From: a virus
Lineage: Duplodnaviria > Caudoviricetes
Length of the DNA: 34,695 bases
Reading direction: 5' to 3' (one strand)
IMG/VR virus record: IMGVR_UViG_3300025018_000345
Location: 1 to 34,695 of that record
Shown here in pieces: positions 34,203 through 34,695 of this stretch (its first letter is position 1; the number at the start of each line of letters is the position of its first letter). The position numbers and the translations under genes are program-made. The notes under the pieces were generated by a model. The model did no database searches. It was given only the letters and a program-made list of their open reading frames with translations, and was not told the origin of the DNA.

Positions 34203-34695
34203 ATGAAAAAAACCAAACGATTTGCACATAATAAAAACAAGAGATTGATTACCTATAAAGGACAGCAAATCTATGTTGAAAAAGCAAACGCACAGGGAAT
34301 ATACGCATTACTTATTAGTATCGGTTTGTGTGGCGTGTTTTCTTTATACCCTCGTTTTGTTAGCGACGGCGTGGGTTATGTTCAGGCAAGCGAGCCAGCT
34401 TCAACCGAACAGTCAAAGCCTACTTCAGAGCCAACCACAATCCCCATTACAGAAGTTATTGAAATAACTGAGCCAGAGCCTACTAGCGAGGTAGAAACAG
34501 GCTTTGAGCATATTACCGAATATATTTATCAGGTATTTGGCGACGACGGCGAAATGGCCGTCAAAATAGCTAAATGTGAAAGTAGATTAAACCCAGAAAC
34601 AGTTGGTGATAAACACATTATGGTACTAGATCCCAAACACGATGAAATGGTTGGAGATAGTATCGGTATCTTTCAAGTTAGATCAGGTGGCAAAG
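34203..34695 (+). CDS. Membrane-anchored lytic transglycosylase (SLT-like), truncated at the window end (absent from the ORF track)
   Basis: MKKTKRF...TM YALLISIGLCGVFSLY, P/T/E linker, then MAVKIAKCESRLNP...SIGIFQV. Confidence 0.8.
   Translation, partial: MKKTKRFAHNKNKRLITYKGQQIYVEKANAQGIYALLISIGLCGVFSLYPRFVSDGVGYVQASEPASTEQSKPTSEPTTIPITEVIEITEPEPTSEVETGFEHITEYIYQVFGDDGEMAVKIAKCESRLNPETVGDKHIMVLDPKHDEMVGDSIGIFQVRSGGK

Noticed and set aside
34273-34467. 64-aa ORF in the track
   Set aside because: Alternative frame inside the longer transglycosylase ORF starting at 34203.
1-34695. Stop-codon reassignment
   Set aside because: Core genes are intact in code 11, and TAA, TAG and TGA all end genes at sensible boundaries.

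Overview
Most of a small, AT-rich siphovirus-type phage genome, with every credible gene on the + strand in standard code 11. Order: a mosaic array of tiny accessory ORFs (1-2.8 kb); a tightly coupled operon of glycosyltransferases and a methyltransferase interleaved with the terminase genes (2.9-9.2 kb); an HK97-like head module with a portal fused to a MuF/gp7-like domain; neck, tail tube, frameshifting chaperone, short tape measure, Dit and hub; a multi-gene Gly-rich/LamG/C1q/HxH adhesin cluster; a lysis cassette with no recognisable spanins; an HNH-like plus MazG-like pair; a ~340-nt structured non-coding region; an ERF/YqaJ/SSB-like recombination module; an HTH regulator; and a truncated membrane-anchored lytic transglycosylase. 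No integrase, polymerase, helicase, reverse transcriptase, tRNA or CRISPR array was seen. A monoderm, possibly Patescibacteria/CPR, host is a soft inference. The strongest non-obvious signals are: (i) a promoter-proximal hairpin after the tail tube gene whose loop has a 14-nt perfect complement at the start codon of the first lysis-cassette gene 11 kb away; (ii) four perfect co-oriented DnaA boxes inside coding sequence at the glycosyltransferase/terL junction; (iii) the packaging-linked glycosylation operon; (iv) a promoter-driven structured RNA candidate; (v) a palindromic operator shared by three early promoters; (vi) a tail protein made of three tandem collar-plus-HxH units. All family calls come from motifs recognised by eye; no database searches were run.
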